Assembly (NCBI GenBank): GCA_951406725.2
Contig: OX597814.1
Location: 34,100,001-34,164,000, forward strand
Origin: Octopus vulgaris
Lineage: Eukaryota
Direction of reading: 5' to 3'
DNA: 64,000 bases
The notes beneath the pieces are model-generated. The model saw nothing but the letters and a program-made list of their open reading frames with translations, had not been told where the DNA came from and searched no databases. This document shows, one piece after another, positions 61,960-64,000 of the stretch. The position numbers were made by a program, and so were the translations under genes. Every line of letters begins with the position of its first letter. The stretch's first letter is position 1.

Positions 61960-62201
61960 GAAAGAAGAGCATTTTATGATTTGGGGATGAACTTTACTCG
62001 AGGTAGGTTTCCTATAAATTTGGTGACTCATCAAAGTAGGTGTTTCAATCTAAGGTACAGTTTCAGTACTTCAATATAGTTATAACTAGAAAGGATTACT
62101 GCTAAACTTAAGCAGTAAAGGCATCCCCTGGATAGGATTACCAGTTTATTACAGATTTTGTTCATATCATGATTTAAAAACAGTATTTCAAGATGAACAC
62201 T

Positions 62202-62597
62202 TACTCTTTTACTTGTTTCAGTCATTTGACTGTGACCATGCTGGAGCACCGCCTTTAGTCGAGCAAATTGACCCTAGGACTTTTTTTTTGTAAGCCTAGT
62301 ACTTATTCTATCGGTCTCTTTTGTTGAACCGCTATGTTACGGTGATGTAAACACACCAGCATCGGTTGTCAAGCGATGTTGGGGGGACAAACACAGACAC
62401 AGAAACATATACACACACACATATATATACATATATACGATGGGCTTCTTTCAGTTTCCACCTACCAAATCCACTCACAAGGCTTTGGTCGACCCGAGGC
62501 TATAGTAGAAGACACTTGCCCAAGGTGCCACGCAGTGGGACTGAACCTGGAACCATGTAGTTGGTAAACAAGCTACTTATCACACAGTCATTCCTAC
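62202..62597 (-). mobile_element. CORE-type tRNA SINE
   Basis: Same family as 14580-14973. Confidence 0.85.
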
Positions 62598-63163
62598 TTG
62601 TTAAACGAATCTTGCTATCTACAGCAATAAACTATACATTGTTCAGTATCTATTTGAAATTGGTGAGCTTTCCTCATGTGAGTCTCTCTGGGATGCTATG
62701 TGGTTTGGGAATTTACTTTCAAATCATGTGGTTCTGGTTTTGATCACATTGTGGAATTTTGGGTGAGAGTCTTGAACCATAACCTCAGATTGACCCAGGG
62801 CTTGTGAGTGAAATTGATAAACAGAAACTGATGGGCTGAATGTGTTACTGAATGGTAGATTTAAGCTATGACTCTACTTAATAGCACCACCAGGCACTTG
62901 GATGCCTTTAGTGGAGTATATTGTGTAGCAGAACCAAGATAAACAACTCTGACCTCTTTCCACTGCTAGTTGATATATATATCATCATCATTGTTTGATA
63001 TCCATTTCCCATGCTGGCATGGGTTGGACAGTTTGACAAGAGCTGTCCAGACAATAATTGTCTGTTGTGGTATGATTTCTATGGTTGGATGCCCTTTCTA
63101 ATGCCAACTACTTTACTGGGTGTGCTAGATGCTTATATAAATAGGTGTTTATAAAAATAAATT

Positions 63164-63579
63164 GGATCTTTTCAGTTTGAATGGCAGTTTTTAACATAAT
63201 TTCTAGGTAACTAAAAAATTTTAAACTTCGTATACTGGTAGAATGTGTTTATAAAACATCTTTTTCTCTTGGCTTTATTGAGAAAATTCTATAGTTTGTA
63301 AGATATTTGTTGTTTTTTTTCTTCAATTTCTGCAATTTCAACAATCAATGACCGTCTATTGAGGTGAAAACATTCTGTGCTGTATGAATATGTCCCTCGT
63401 TTAAGAAACAGATTGGGTTTATTTACATTTGTGAAGAAAAAAAGATACCCTTCCTCCCACCCCTAACCCTAACCCTAAAACACATTGAAATGCAATAGAT
63501 CAATACTAGGGTCATAATTATGGGTGACAATTTCATATGACACCGCTAGAAAAAACTGCCGTTCAAACCGAAAAGATCC
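63164..63579 (-). mobile_element. Merlin-like MITE, inverted relative to 60976-61395
   Basis: AATAAATT|GGATCTTTTC...GAAAAGATCC|AATAAATT (8-bp TSD); CCCTAA repeats. Confidence 0.85.
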
Positions 63580-63714
63580 AATAAATTAATTAATATAAGC
63601 AGCTATGCACAATATAAAACCACAAAGGAAAAATTTAATCATCACTAATTGTGACTTAAGTGCTGAATAACACCTAAATTGTTAGAAATAAGTTAAAACC
63701 CTTAAAAGTGCATA

Positions 63715-63748
<34 letters not shown>

Positions 63749-64000
63749 TATATATTGTTACGAATGGAAAAAGAAATTATATCCTGATGATTTCATGTTC
63801 ACAAGACACAAACATCACTCTCTGGTTTTGCATTGAAAAACATATTGAACACAGAGTGGAGTGATATTGAGAAATATCCCTTTTCCATTAGCTGGGTTTG
63901 AAATGGTGCTCCAGTTATTCATGCCAGTGGGATTTCGACTGTCTTGTCAGAAAGCATGGTTTTTTTATGACTGTAGGTACTTGATCTCTTGACCGCTACA

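Overview
AT-rich, intron- and repeat-dense animal genomic DNA. The SINE/MITE repertoire looks like an octopus (coleoid cephalopod), which is an inference from recalled repeat families. The + strand carries the last 20 coding exons (1649-42704, all GT-AG, 1665 nt, 554 aa + stop) of a TPC1-like two-pore channel; its 5' part lies upstream of the window. Convergent to it on the - strand is a probable two-exon gene for a 133-aa death-domain-only protein (ATG at 59778, stop at 49229) with an RFX X-box-like motif upstream. Nearly all supplied ORFs are repeat-derived or spurious. Introns and intergenic DNA hold a full-length decayed mariner, a Chapaev3-like transposon, a maT/Tc1 remnant, Penelope, RTE and CR1 fragments, Helitrons, piggyBac- and Merlin-like MITEs and many tRNA-SINEs. 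Best second-look items: (1) a 369-bp palindrome with a Penelope-type minimal hammerhead ribozyme in each arm around a tRNA-like Pol III core; (2) inverted repeat pairs bracketing specific TPC1 exons (dsRNA editing, circRNA or exon-skipping candidates); (3) an extra gating arginine in the TPC1 voltage sensor; (4) the death-domain micro-gene. Coordinates were read by eye; repeat boundaries are approximate unless a TIR or TSD is quoted.
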